Source of the DNA: a virus
Lineage: Duplodnaviria; Caudoviricetes
DNA: 51,242 nt
Direction: 5' to 3' (one strand)
Virus record (IMG/VR): IMGVR_UViG_3300021080_000001
Span: 1-51,242 of that record
Translations under genes and position numbers: made by a program
Shown: positions 8,115 to 17,782 of the stretch, in pieces
Layout: each line of letters begins with the position of its first letter
How positions within the stretch are numbered: the first letter of the stretch is position 1
Notes under the pieces: generated by a model
Databases searched by the model: none
What the model was told of the DNA's origin: nothing
What the model saw: only the letters and a program-made list of their open reading frames with translations

Positions 8115-10837
8115 TGCTTTTCGTTCGTTTCGACCGTGCCGGTGAGGGCGAGGAGCGTGCAGGCGCGGGGGGCCATCGCCTGCAGGCAGATCCTCGAGTC
8201 GGTATCCCACTCGCCGGGAAACTCGAAGGAGGCTTTGTCGTACTCGGGCCAGATGTAATCGGGGTCGACCGGGCCTCCGTCTTCGATTTGCGGGAGCGGA
8301 TCCAGGGTGTCGAAGTCCGGACCGTATTTGAGGCCCCGCGCGTGGGTGTTTCGCATGATCACCCCCAGGCCGTCGACCTTCTTTTTCTGGTTGAGCGCCG
8401 TGCCCAGCTGTGCAGCGTAGGCGAGTTTCGCGCTTTGCCATTTTCCCATGTAGGGCAGGCCGACCACGATGGTGGAGGCGGGAACGCTGAGATCCGGGGC
8501 GAGGAATCCTCCGGTCACCGTATAGATGAGGTTGTCGTCGTCGTCGTAGCCGACGTCCACGCCGTCGGCCCAGACCACGACCTGTTTGCCCTCCAGGTGG
8601 GCGACGGGCACATGGGCGATCGCCGGCCCCTGGTAGAGGATGAAGGCGTCGGCGAGCTTGGTGACCGCGGCGCCGCGGCATTCTACCTCGAGCGCCCAGC
8701 GTTCCAGGGAGCGCTTGGTCACCGAGTTGATGGTGCGCTTGACCGCGTAGTAGACCTGGTCCTCCACCGTTCCCGGCAGAATCACCACGTCCTCGACGTC
8801 GCCGTCGGTTTCGTAGTCGAGCCAGCAGATCACGTTCTCCAGGCGATCGAAGATCGCGATGGCGACGGTGCCGTCGGCGCGCACCGCGTGGATCCGCGTG
8901 TCGGGTTTTCTCTGGACCCCGAGGCGCACGATGGAGAGGTCGTTCGCGATGTTGGCTTCATCTTCGAACAGATCGGGCACGATCGCGGTGAGCTCTTGGG
9001 TAACGTAGTCGCCGCTGGTCGGGTCGAGCCCCAGGTCGAAAACGCGCGTTCCGCCGCGGGCGGCGAAGATGGCGTGGGTGTCGATCTTCTGTCCTGCCAC
9101 CAGGTGGGAGCCTTGGGTCGAGGCGGGCCGGATGCCGAAGTTGATCGGGGTGATCGGTTCATCGAGGCTCGAGGTGACCGCCTGTTGCTCGGCCATGTCG
9201 GCGCCGAGTAAGAGGCGCTGCAGCCCAAGGATCCAGTTGATGTTGTCGACGGGGCCTGAGCCGATCGAGCGCGCGAAGGTGCCCGAGTCGCCCTCGACGG
9301 TATCGTCGAAACTGTAGAAGCCGTCTGAGATCGAGCCCCACAGGAAGCCCTTGCCTGCCCAGCACAGGCGCCCGCTGTGAAAGCCGACCGCGCTTGGGTA
9401 GCCCCTGAAGATTGACCAGGTGCCCTCGGCCCACACGGCGGTTGCGGAGGTTCCTCCGAGGGCTTTCAGGACCTGGACGCTCACGTTTACCGTACTCACG
9501 AAAGCGGTCACCCGGACGACGCCGGTGATCGATCCGGTGGGAATGCTCAATTCCATGTTCGTGTTGCCGGCGCCCCCGATCACCGAGATCCGCAAGCGGT
9601 AGAAGACGATCTGGTTATCCAGGCCGTCGGTGAAGGCCACGGTGATGGCTGCGATCCAGGTTTCTCCTGGTACCGCGCTCCAGGCGGCGTTGTCGAAGCT
9701 GCGCTCGAGGATGATGGTGCGCACGCCGTCGAAAAATCCCGAGAGGATGATGGTGATCGCGCGATCGCTGCCCACTCCGGTCACGCGTATCGCGTCGGTC
9801 GCGTCGTTCAGGGCGGCGCCGACCTTGATCACATCCTGCCCGACCGAGGTGATTCTAAAAAGCGCGCCGACGTGGCTCGTCCGGAAGAGCGCCTTGGAGG
9901 CGATCACCGTGGTGTCGCCTGTGATCGTAGATGGCGTGAGCGTGATCGGCCCGATATTTTCGACCAGGAACGGGCCGTCTTCCGGCTGGTAGAGGACGAT
10001 CGACCAGGAGTGGGCGGCGCGTCGTTCGATCGCGCGCTGCTGATAGGTGCCCTTGCAGGCGATGAAGATGATGTCGCCCGACGTGTCGTAGCGGATGCGC
10101 GGCAGATCGGCGGCGAGCCAGGGGGTGGGGAGCACGAGATCGCCCGCCGCCTCGATCGTGCACTGGCCGACGAAAGCAAGAGGGATGCGGCGCGTGAAGA
10201 AGCGGATCCAGATATCGGTTGAGGGTGTGAGGGCGAGCGAATGGCTGCCCGTATCGAGCACGGTCTCGTTGATGTAGGTGTCGTCACCCAGAGCGTTCCC
10301 GATGCGCAAGGTCACCGGACCGCGCTCGATCACGATCCGCAGGGCGTGTTCTTTCCCGAGATCGCCGGCGGCGACGACCACCTGCTGATCGCGGATCGCC
10401 GCATTGGTGCCGGTGCCCTGCAGGGAGAGGCTCCCGCCGAACGCCCCGGACCAGGCCGAGACCGCTCCGGCCTCGTCGTTGTCGGTCCAGCCTGCGACGT
10501 CCGCAGCGAAGTTGCCGTTGGTGACGGCGGTCGCCACGGCGACGCGTTGCAGCACGGCGTCGTTGATCCAGATCCGCAGGTTCTGGTCGGTGAGCTCGAC
10601 CAGCGCCTTGTCGGTGAGGCTGAAGACGAATTCGAGGTAGAACGGTTTCGCGTCGGCTCGGGTGTTGCCGAGCCACCCTGAGCCGGGCCGCAGCATCATG
10701 CTGCCCAGGACCCGCGCTATCCAGTTGGTGAAGACCTCGGCGGAGAGCGCGGTGCGCTTGATGTCCACGCGCGCCAAGCCGTGCTTGGACACGAGCCCAC
10801 GGTTAAAAGCCAAAAGCGGGACGTTTTCTACGGCCAC
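8111..10837 (-). CDS. Tail tubular protein B / nozzle
   Basis: 908 aa; N-terminal AFNRGLVS..RVD and GYPSAVGFHSGRLCW motifs; beta-rich; follows tube A. Confidence 0.85.
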   Translation of the reverse strand: MAVENVPLLAFNRGLVSKHGLARVDIKRTALSAEVFTNWIARVLGSMMLRPGSGWLGNTRADAKPFYLEFVFSLTDKALVELTDQNLRIWINDAVLQRVAVATAVTNGNFAADVAGWTDNDEAGAVSAWSGAFGGSLSLQGTGTNAAIRDQQVVVAAGDLGKEHALRIVIERGPVTLRIGNALGDDTYINETVLDTGSHSLALTPSTDIWIRFFTRRIPLAFVGQCTIEAAGDLVLPTPWLAADLPRIRYDTSGDIIFIACKGTYQQRAIERRAAHSWSIVLYQPEDGPFLVENIGPITLTPSTITGDTTVIASKALFRTSHVGALFRITSVGQDVIKVGAALNDATDAIRVTGVGSDRAITIILSGFFDGVRTIILERSFDNAAWSAVPGETWIAAITVAFTDGLDNQIVFYRLRISVIGGAGNTNMELSIPTGSITGVVRVTAFVSTVNVSVQVLKALGGTSATAVWAEGTWSIFRGYPSAVGFHSGRLCWAGKGFLWGSISDGFYSFDDTVEGDSGTFARSIGSGPVDNINWILGLQRLLLGADMAEQQAVTSSLDEPITPINFGIRPASTQGSHLVAGQKIDTHAIFAARGGTRVFDLGLDPTSGDYVTQELTAIVPDLFEDEANIANDLSIVRLGVQRKPDTRIHAVRADGTVAIAIFDRLENVICWLDYETDGDVEDVVILPGTVEDQVYYAVKRTINSVTKRSLERWALEVECRGAAVTKLADAFILYQGPAIAHVPVAHLEGKQVVVWADGVDVGYDDDDNLIYTVTGGFLAPDLSVPASTIVVGLPYMGKWQSAKLAYAAQLGTALNQKKKVDGLGVIMRNTHARGLKYGPDFDTLDPLPQIEDGGPVDPDYIWPEYDKASFEFPGEWDTDSRICLQAMAPRACTLLALTGTVETNEKQ

Positions 10838-10839
10838 TG

Positions 10840-11355
10840 GTGTACGATTCGATCTGGGGAGGTCATGTGGGAATTCCGCGGCATGGGCACAGTTGGGCGG
10901 GCGGGAAATCCCCGACGTACCGCTCTTGGGGCAGCATGGTCGCCCGCTGCACCCAGCCCTCGAATCCGGCCTTTGAGCACTATCGCAAACGCGGGATCAC
11001 AATGTGCTCTCGCTGGCGGTCGTTCGACAATTTCCTTGCTGATATGGGCGAGCGGCCCTCGCTGGCCTCCACGATCGAGCGCGTCGAGAACGGCGGAAAT
11101 TACGAGCCTGGGAACTGCCGCTGGGCGACTCGCCAAGAGCAGGCGAACAACCGGATCACGAACGTGCATTTTGAATATCGGGGTCGCCGCGTGACATTCG
11201 CTGAGCTGGTCAGGGAAACCGGAATCGGGAAAGAGCTGCTGCGTTCCAGGCTGCTCCGCGGCAAAGGCGGCCCTTGGACTGTCGACGCAGTTATCGCCAC
11301 CCCAGCGCGCAAGGGTCACCGCACGGATCTGCTGGGGCCCATGAGCAGCGCGTAG
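10840..11355 (+). CDS. HNH homing endonuclease (free-standing, antisense to late operon)
   Basis: Y.SW..M..RC, RGITMC.RW.SF.NFLADMGERP, IERVEN.GNYEPGNCRWAT..EQANN. The start may be GTG 10867 after GGAGG. Confidence 0.85.
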   Translation: MYDSIWGGHVGIPRHGHSWAGGKSPTYRSWGSMVARCTQPSNPAFEHYRKRGITMCSRWRSFDNFLADMGERPSLASTIERVENGGNYEPGNCRWATRQEQANNRITNVHFEYRGRRVTFAELVRETGIGKELLRSRLLRGKGGPWTVDAVIATPARKGHRTDLLGPMSSA

Positions 11356-11365
11356 CCTCACGGGG

Positions 11366-12013
11366 CTAGCCGATCAGGCTGCCGCGGTTGCCTCTGTCAG
11401 GCCAGGAGGAGCGCATGCCGCGGCGGGACGAAGTCCACGCGCCTTCGGCGGGGAAGGTGGTCGGGTCGGCCATCGCGGCCTTTGATTTGGCGTCCTTCAG
11501 GGCTTTGGACCTGTAGGCCTCGGCGAGCACGACCTTTTTCTTGTCGGAGGTGAGGACGAGCGCGGTGAGGAAGGCGAGGTGGCCTTTCAGGTATTCGACG
11601 AAGGTTCCCGGCCAGAGCGAGAAGTCCATGCCGAACGCCGTGTCGTTGGAGACGTAGCGCACGTAGATGGGATCTAGGTCGCTGTACCAGAACCCGGCTT
11701 CCTCGCGGTAGCCCAAGAGCGGCACGTTGAACATCTCGTCCTGGCACACGGCGCAGGTGCGGATGTGGTCCTCGGGGACTTCGAAGACCTTGCGGTAGCC
11801 CCAGTCCGGGGTGATGCTCGGGTCGGAGGTGATCCTTACCGAGCGCATGGCAAAGTACCACTGGCCCGCCTCGAGCGCGGCGTCAACGGCGCCATCATCC
11901 CAGGCAAGGTCGAGCTGCCGGCGGCTCTCGCGGTTCTCGGTCAATGCGCCGAGCTGGCGCTGGCCGAGGATGGCAAGAGCCCCGTTGTAGAGCTTGAGTT
12001 TGCTGGTGGTCAC
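11366..12013 (-). CDS. Tail tubular protein A / adaptor
   Basis: 215 aa; YNGALAILG, WYFA and YVRYVS motifs; synteny. Confidence 0.8.
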   Translation of the reverse strand: MTTSKLKLYNGALAILGQRQLGALTENRESRRQLDLAWDDGAVDAALEAGQWYFAMRSVRITSDPSITPDWGYRKVFEVPEDHIRTCAVCQDEMFNVPLLGYREEAGFWYSDLDPIYVRYVSNDTAFGMDFSLWPGTFVEYLKGHLAFLTALVLTSDKKKVVLAEAYRSKALKDAKSKAAMADPTTFPAEGAWTSSRRGMRSSWPDRGNRGSLIG

Positions 12014-12036
12014 GCGCGGCGATCAGCCGGGGTCGG

Positions 12037-12603
12037 CTACGCCGGGACGACCTTCAGGTGTTCTCGCAGCCAGGTCTGGGCGTCTTCGGCGGTCTGGGCG
12101 TCGCGGTGCATGAGCTGCCGGTCGGCCTTACGGACCACGTGCCAGCGCAGAGTCGGGTTGTGTTTCACCTCGTAGGCCGAAGCGGCAGGCATCATCGCAG
12201 CCGTCATGGACACGTCCTGGGTGGTGAGATCGTCCCAGCGCAGGACGTGCATCCGGGCCCAGGTGCGATCGCAGGCGAGGACGAGGAGCTCGCCATAGTA
12301 GGTGCCGTCTTCCGCGCGCACCTCGATCTTCGCCCAGGGCATGAGTTTCGGGGCGACGTGGGCCCAGTAGGCGGGGGAGAGCATGTGCTCGAGGGTGTGG
12401 CCTGCGGGCGGGTTTGCGGTGTGCACGACGCGGTCGAACTCGGCGCCTTTCAGGCGGTCGGCCGTGAGGATCGGGGCCTCGGGTTTTTTGCCTAGGGCGG
12501 TCGCGGTGGTGGCAGCAGCGGCTTCCTGGGCGCGCTCGAGGTTGCGTTCGGCCACTTCCACGCGGGTGTCGACCGGGCGTTTCGGGGGTTGTTTGGGGGT
12601 CAT
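12037..12603 (-). CDS. Hypothetical protein of the virion module
   Basis: 188 aa with AGGAG RBS, between decoration genes and tube A. Confidence 0.7.
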   Translation of the reverse strand: MTPKQPPKRPVDTRVEVAERNLERAQEAAAATTATALGKKPEAPILTADRLKGAEFDRVVHTANPPAGHTLEHMLSPAYWAHVAPKLMPWAKIEVRAEDGTYYGELLVLACDRTWARMHVLRWDDLTTQDVSMTAAMMPAASAYEVKHNPTLRWHVVRKADRQLMHRDAQTAEDAQTWLREHLKVVPA

Positions 12604-12700
12604 GGGCGCTTCTCCTGATTGATGGTCTTTCTCTCAAACGTGCAAACGGCCGAGGCCTCGGCCCCGGGCCTTGGGTACTGCCTTTTCCCTTGCGCCCGAC

Positions 12701-13078
12701 TTAGAGGCTCGAGGCCCGCGTCGAGGTAATCATACCCAGCGTCGTGAGGTTGAAGCCTGCCGAGCTGTTGGTGGTCGTCAGCACCCCCTGGGACATAATG
12801 AAGCTCGAGCCTGCCGAGGTGTATTGCACCGCCAAGAGGATGTCCCCCACTTGCATTCCGAGCGCCGCGCCCTCGGTGAAAAAGCCCGGGCTGGTCAGGT
12901 CGGTGGTGAGGTTGGTGGAGATGTACTGCCACATCCCCAGCCCCGCCGCGCGAGTGACCCCGGAGCTCCAAGCGGTCAGTCCAGAACTGCCGAGGATCGA
13001 GCGAGAGCCGGCGGTCCTGGACAGCAGTACCGGCGGATTGCTGACCGAAGAGGCCGCGGTGGTGCCGACATACGCCAT
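12701..13078 (-). CDS. Ser/Thr-rich putative capsid decoration protein (paralog 2)
   Basis: 125 aa, about 31% S+T by hand count; N-terminus MAYVGTTAASSVSNPPV shared with its neighbour. Confidence 0.75.
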   Translation of the reverse strand: MAYVGTTAASSVSNPPVLLSRTAGSRSILGSSGLTAWSSGVTRAAGLGMWQYISTNLTTDLTSPGFFTEGAALGMQVGDILLAVQYTSAGSSFIMSQGVLTTTNSSAGFNLTTLGMITSTRASSL

Positions 13079-13087
13079 GGGCCCTCC

Positions 13088-13474
13088 CTACGAGGTCCCT
13101 TGGATGTTCGACGCCGTCGAGAAGGAGGCGCCGCTCGTGCTCACCGCCGCCACCACGTTCAAGCGCAGCATCTGGCTCGATCCGAGGGTGCTCCCTTGCT
13201 GGACGAAGAAGAAGATGTCGCCGGGGCGCACGCCGAGTTGCGCGGCGTCGGTGAAGTAGTTCGCCGCGAGGACGGCCGAGGTCATGTCGGTGGTGTGGTA
13301 CACCCAGCCCTGCTGGCCGAAGCCCTTGCCTGCGGGGTTGGTGCCGCCGAGTCCGGAGATGTAGAGGGTGGAGCCGCCGGTGATGTGCGCGTCCGCGCCG
13401 CCGCCCATGCCGCCCCAGATCCTGACCGGGGGGTTGCTGACGCTTGAGGCTTGCGTGGTGCCGAGATATGCCAT
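13088..13474 (-). CDS. Ser/Thr-rich putative capsid decoration protein (paralog 1)
   Basis: 128 aa, about 22% S+T, directly after the capsid gene; MAYLGTTQASSVSNPPV and YFTDA..LGVRPGD. Confidence 0.75.
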   Translation of the reverse strand: MAYLGTTQASSVSNPPVRIWGGMGGGADAHITGGSTLYISGLGGTNPAGKGFGQQGWVYHTTDMTSAVLAANYFTDAAQLGVRPGDIFFFVQQGSTLGSSQMLRLNVVAAVSTSGASFSTASNIQGTS

Positions 13475-13514
13475 GGCATTGTCTCCTGTAGGTGGGTCCT
13501 AGCAGACCATCGGG

Positions 13515-14495
13515 TTACGCGTAGGCCGATCCGTCGTGGGTGAAGACGACGTCGCCTGCGTTTTGCAGGAGCTTGGCCGCCATGAAGATCGAGCACCGAG
13601 CATAGCTGTAGTTCTGCTCATCGTTGAACCCGAGCGCGGTGTCCACTTCGCCCGTATTCGCTGCGTGGCCGATCGCCGACTTGTGGAAGAGGAACGACTT
13701 CTCGCTCGCGGTGCCCTTGCCGGGGAGGTTCGGATGCATGACGATGAGCGTGTTCCTCCAGCGGTAGCCCATGGGCGCGTCGCGCCAGTCGGGGGTGTCG
13801 CCGGCGAAGGGCCGGATGTCCACGTACTGGGCGTTGGCGAACTCGGGGGCTTGCTCGAGGTAGGCGAGCATCGACGGCTGGCACAGGAACGTGATGTTCG
13901 AGTCCCAGGGGACCGAGGCGTTTTGCAGCTTCACCGCTCCGTTCTGGAACAGGCTCACGTTGGGCACCTGACCCGCGCCGCCCACGGCGACGGTGCCTGA
14001 GTTCAGCTCCTGGATGACGGTGTCGTCGATCTTCCGGTTGATCACGCCCATCGCGGTGATCTGCATGATGCGGCGCTGGTCGCCCTGGCTTGCGAAGATG
14101 TTGAAGCCGGTCTTCCTCACCAAGTCGTGCCATTCCTGCAGCACGGCCGAGTTCTGGGTGAGGTTGTCCGGGCGGGCGGGGATCAGGCCGTTCACGCCGC
14201 GGGTGACGGCGGACGCGCCGCCTGAGTCGGCTACGAGGAACACCGCGGTCTGTCCCTTGATGACGGCCTCGGTGGTGACGCAGGGCCGCAGTAGCGTCGC
14301 GTGGGCTTCGAAGCCCTGCACAAACTCCTGCCGATACTGGGTCTGGTAGGCGGTGTCGAGCTCGAGCAGGAGCCCTTGCCGGGTGAGGAAGGTGTAGCAC
14401 CAGCGATCGAGCGGCTCGAAGAACGACCGGGCGAGCGATCCGGCCAGGACGAGCGCGAGCTGGACTTTCGCGATGAGGCGGTTCAGCTTGGCCAT
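13515..14495 (-). CDS. Major capsid protein
   Basis: GGAGG RBS before ATG 14495; QYRQEF..GFE, AVTRG.NG.IP and INRKID motifs; follows the scaffold gene. Confidence 0.85.
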   Translation of the reverse strand: MAKLNRLIAKVQLALVLAGSLARSFFEPLDRWCYTFLTRQGLLLELDTAYQTQYRQEFVQGFEAHATLLRPCVTTEAVIKGQTAVFLVADSGGASAVTRGVNGLIPARPDNLTQNSAVLQEWHDLVRKTGFNIFASQGDQRRIMQITAMGVINRKIDDTVIQELNSGTVAVGGAGQVPNVSLFQNGAVKLQNASVPWDSNITFLCQPSMLAYLEQAPEFANAQYVDIRPFAGDTPDWRDAPMGYRWRNTLIVMHPNLPGKGTASEKSFLFHKSAIGHAANTGEVDTALGFNDEQNYSYARCSIFMAAKLLQNAGDVVFTHDGSAYA

Positions 14496-14528
14496 GATGG
14501 ACCTCCTTTGCACGTGCGGTTGTACGAA

Positions 14529-14700
14529 CCGTCGCTCGGGGTGTCCATCGATGCCGTCGCCAGGGGTGTCCCCTTTCGGGGGGCCGGCGCGCGACCCGCT
14601 TGGGGCCTCGCTACCTGGTGTTGATCTCGAGCCCGGGCCGCGCCTTTCGTTTTCGCGGGTCCTCCGGGTCTTGGTGCTGCATCCTACGCGCCTCCTCCGG
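14529..14700 (-). promoter_or_regulatory. Putative structured leader of capsid mRNA
   Basis: 18-nt direct repeat (16/18 identical) at 14529-14546 and 14554-14571, plus a CCCC-GAAA-GGGG GNRA hairpin on the minus strand. Confidence 0.45.
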
Positions 14701-14714
14701 CGCGCACAAGTGCC

Positions 14715-15776
14715 CTACTTCTGGGGCTTGCTGCGGTCGCGGGCGCCGTAGAGTTCGCGCAGGCGCGCCTGGTTCTTCTCGGCTTTCGCCTTGTCGTGGG
14801 TTTTGCCGCCCCAGTAGTCGCTGTTCTTGTCGCCCATCTGGCCTTCCCACTTGGTGATCTCGTCGTCGATCGCCATGCCGATGTCGCCGGTTGCTCCGGG
14901 GACGACGGTCGATACGGGGTTGATCTGGAAGGCGACGTGCTGCAGCCAGTTGACGACTTCCCAGTCGTTGAGGAGCGCTCGGTCCTCGGGTCCGCGCGCT
15001 CCTTTCAGCTTGGCGGCCACAGTCGGGGGGGCGCTTTCGATCAGGGCGTTCACCATGTTCTTGTTGCGGTCCTTGTCCTTGCCCCAGTTGGCGACCATCG
15101 CCTCGACCGTTTCGATGCGGTGCTCATCATCCTGCTTCACCAGGGCCTCGAGCTGCGCCTCGCGATCGGCGTGGTACCAAGCGAGGGCCTCTTTCACCAC
15201 CGCCGGGTGGGCCTGGATGCCGTGCATGTGGGTGAGGAAACTGTCGATGAAGGGCTTGTCGTCCTCACCGAATAGCACGCCCTCGGGCATCGGGTAGTCG
15301 AGCGCTTTCTCAGGGATGCCGGCGGCGGCGCGGTAGGCGGCGATTTCCGCAGCGGATGCGCCCTCTTTCAGGGCGGGTTTCAGCTCGCCCGATGAAATTC
15401 TGTTCTGGGCTGCGAAGAGGGCGTTGATCGCGGCCTGGGGGCTCGCGTAGCGTTCCAGGCGTTTGAGCAGCTTCGCGTCCCCGCCCACCATCTGGTCGCG
15501 CCAGTCGTCGGGCCACAGCTGGGTGGGAGCTGCCCCGGGTTCGCCCCCGGGTTCGTCCGGGGCACCGTCGAGCGCCGTGCCCGCTGCGGGGGCGCCAGCG
15601 GGTTTGGGTGCTCCCGGTGCCCCAGCTGCAGGGGCCGGCGCGCCTGGCGCCCCGGCTGCGGGCTTGGGCGGGGCGCCTGCGGCGGGAGCGCCCGCTGCAG
15701 GTTTGACGGGTCCGGGTGCTGCAGCGGCAGGAGCTGCGGGGGCGGCGGCCGCTCGGGGCGCGGGGGCTGGGCTCAT
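14715..15776 (-). CDS. Capsid assembly scaffolding protein
   Basis: 353 aa; Pro/Ala-rich N-terminus (PKPAAGAP), WPDDWR motif, helical C-part; lies between portal and capsid. Confidence 0.8.
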   Translation of the reverse strand: MSPAPAPRAAAAPAAPAAAAPGPVKPAAGAPAAGAPPKPAAGAPGAPAPAAGAPGAPKPAGAPAAGTALDGAPDEPGGEPGAAPTQLWPDDWRDQMVGGDAKLLKRLERYASPQAAINALFAAQNRISSGELKPALKEGASAAEIAAYRAAAGIPEKALDYPMPEGVLFGEDDKPFIDSFLTHMHGIQAHPAVVKEALAWYHADREAQLEALVKQDDEHRIETVEAMVANWGKDKDRNKNMVNALIESAPPTVAAKLKGARGPEDRALLNDWEVVNWLQHVAFQINPVSTVVPGATGDIGMAIDDEITKWEGQMGDKNSDYWGGKTHDKAKAEKNQARLRELYGARDRSKPQK

Positions 15777-15783
15777 GATCGTC

Positions 15784-16128
15784 TTACCTCTTTCGGAAAA
15801 GTTCCAGGTTCAAGCGCCCGAGTTTTATGATCTGGGCTCCCACGAAGCGTCGCCCTTCGGCGAAGCTCGTGTCCCTGTCTCCTCCTGGACCCGGGCGGTA
15901 AGAAAGGTCGTAGAGGACGCAGGCGCCGTCGAGGATCCACTTCAGAGCCGTTTGCTGCTGATCCTTCGAGGCGGTGCCGTCAAAGAGGGCTTGAATGGCT
16001 GCGGCTTGGTGGTTATCCCACGGGGCCGGATCCCAGGCGTTCTTGGGTTTGGGGGCCGGCGCACGCGATTTAGAGCGAGGTTGCTCACTGGGCTCCTGTG
16101 CGCCTTTCGCTCGGGGTTGCTCGTTCAC
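15784..16128 (-). CDS. Bbp19-like small head-module protein
   Basis: 114 aa; SY.PG...T.FAEGRRFVG motif; follows the portal. Confidence 0.7.
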   Translation of the reverse strand: MNEQPRAKGAQEPSEQPRSKSRAPAPKPKNAWDPAPWDNHQAAAIQALFDGTASKDQQQTALKWILDGACVLYDLSYRPGPGGDRDTSFAEGRRFVGAQIIKLGRLNLELFRKR

Positions 16129-17777
16129 GGCACCATCGCCGGTTGTTGGGCAGCAGCGACGTTCTTCTGGGACTCGCTGATGGTCTTCGCGACATCTGCA
16201 CCGCCTTGGGCGGCCTGCAGGAATTGGGCGGTCTGTTGGGCGTCCGCCTTTTGCTTGGCCCTCGCGTCGACTTCGGTTTCGCTGCGGGTCCAGGCCGCCG
16301 GCACGCCGATCCCGGTGAGCGCATCCCGGAGCGCGGTGATCGCGTCGGGCACGTCCATCGCGCTCTGGTCCAGGGCCACGGCCTCGGCGGTGAGCTGCTT
16401 CATCTGCAGGAAGAGCGTGGATTTCATCTGGTCGATCGAGTCGTGCAGGGGCGACTTGAACTTGAATTGGATCTGTTTTCCGGCGATCGCCATTCTCAGC
16501 TTCTTCGGCATCACGAGGGTGGGCCCAAACGTGCCCGCGCGCAGCAGGCGCCCGAAGGTCATCTCGCAGATGGAGCCGTTGCGCTCGGCCTCCATCGGCT
16601 CAAAGAGCGGAAGGGCTTTGCGGATGTAGTCCTGGACGATTTGCCCCGCCTGGAAAGCGGTCATCTGCGGATCGGTCGATGGGTTGAACGGGCGAAGCGC
16701 GTTCAGGTAAAAGGCGTCCGAGATGATCCGTTGGCAGCGGTCCTGCTGTTTCTCTCCCATCGGGAGTCCACTCTTGTCGTGGACCATCACCTGCATGTGA
16801 TCTTGGATGCGCGCGTCGCCGTCGAAGTCCGCCCAGGTCAAACCGCCTGCGTACATGGCGACATCCGAGCGGAAGATGTTCTGGTCAAGGGCCCAGGGCG
16901 GGTTGGTGGCCTTCTCGCCTGCCTCGAGCAAGGTGTAGGTCATCGCCTGCAGCAGGCGCGCTTCGGGGAGCGCGGCGACGGTGGCGGGGGAGAATGCGTA
17001 CTGGGAGCCGGAGACCGTCATCCAGCGCTCGATCGAGTAGATGGTGTCGAAACTGGGGACCGCTTCCAGCAGCGTCTGGTGATCGATGTCGTAGTACACC
17101 GAGGTGTAGGGGGTGTGCACGGTGAGGTCGTACAGGTCGCCCTCGACCACCATGTGGATGCAGTTCACTTCGTGCATCGGATCGCGCTCGGCTTCGGCCG
17201 CGGTGCGCTCGCTCACGGTCTTGGGGAAGAGGCGCCGCAGCTCCCGGACGCCTGGCTTCCACTTCCTGAACACGGCGCTGATCGCACCGTCCTCGTTCTC
17301 CGTCCACGCCATATCGCGAAGGTGCCAGCAGTTGTACTGCAGGCCGTTCGCGTAGCGATTCAGTTGGGCTGAGATCGCGTCCTGGCCGAAGGCGGCGAAG
17401 TCGTGGTCGCCTTGCTTCTCCGCCTTGTTGAACATCGCGGCGCGGTCGTACATGGCGCGGCGCTGGACGGTGGTCATCCACTCAATCCATTGGCGCACCT
17501 CGTTGTCCATCAGGCGCTCGTCGATCATCGCCATGTGGAACCAGGGTTTTTCGGTGGGCCGCAGCATCATGCCGATCTGGTCTCCCAGCTCGCGGCGAAC
17601 GAGCAACGGGTAGCTCGTCATCAGGTTCGCGGCGAAGTCGGTGCCGAGGGAGCGCTGGAACGTGAAGTCCGCCCGCTCGGGGTAGAAGTTCATCGCGATC
17701 TCCTGCTGCAGGGAGACCAGGCCCAGCTTCTTCGCGAACGTTTTCTCGGCGAAGTCGTGGAGCTTTTTCGCGTCCAT
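16125..17777 (-). CDS. Portal (head-tail connector)
   Basis: 550 aa; P..PWF, D.AAFG, RW...SGSQY..SP, MTA and SPL motifs of T7/BPP-1-type connectors. Confidence 0.9.
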   Translation of the reverse strand: MDAKKLHDFAEKTFAKKLGLVSLQQEIAMNFYPERADFTFQRSLGTDFAANLMTSYPLLVRRELGDQIGMMLRPTEKPWFHMAMIDERLMDNEVRQWIEWMTTVQRRAMYDRAAMFNKAEKQGDHDFAAFGQDAISAQLNRYANGLQYNCWHLRDMAWTENEDGAISAVFRKWKPGVRELRRLFPKTVSERTAAEAERDPMHEVNCIHMVVEGDLYDLTVHTPYTSVYYDIDHQTLLEAVPSFDTIYSIERWMTVSGSQYAFSPATVAALPEARLLQAMTYTLLEAGEKATNPPWALDQNIFRSDVAMYAGGLTWADFDGDARIQDHMQVMVHDKSGLPMGEKQQDRCQRIISDAFYLNALRPFNPSTDPQMTAFQAGQIVQDYIRKALPLFEPMEAERNGSICEMTFGRLLRAGTFGPTLVMPKKLRMAIAGKQIQFKFKSPLHDSIDQMKSTLFLQMKQLTAEAVALDQSAMDVPDAITALRDALTGIGVPAAWTRSETEVDARAKQKADAQQTAQFLQAAQGGADVAKTISESQKNVAAAQQPAMVP

Positions 17778-17782
17778 CGGGG

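Noticed and set aside
12648-12663. Perfect 16-bp palindrome GGCCGAGGCCTCGGCC as terminator or operator
   Set aside because: Nearly all GC in a GC-rich genome, with only a weak U-tract; function cannot be supported.
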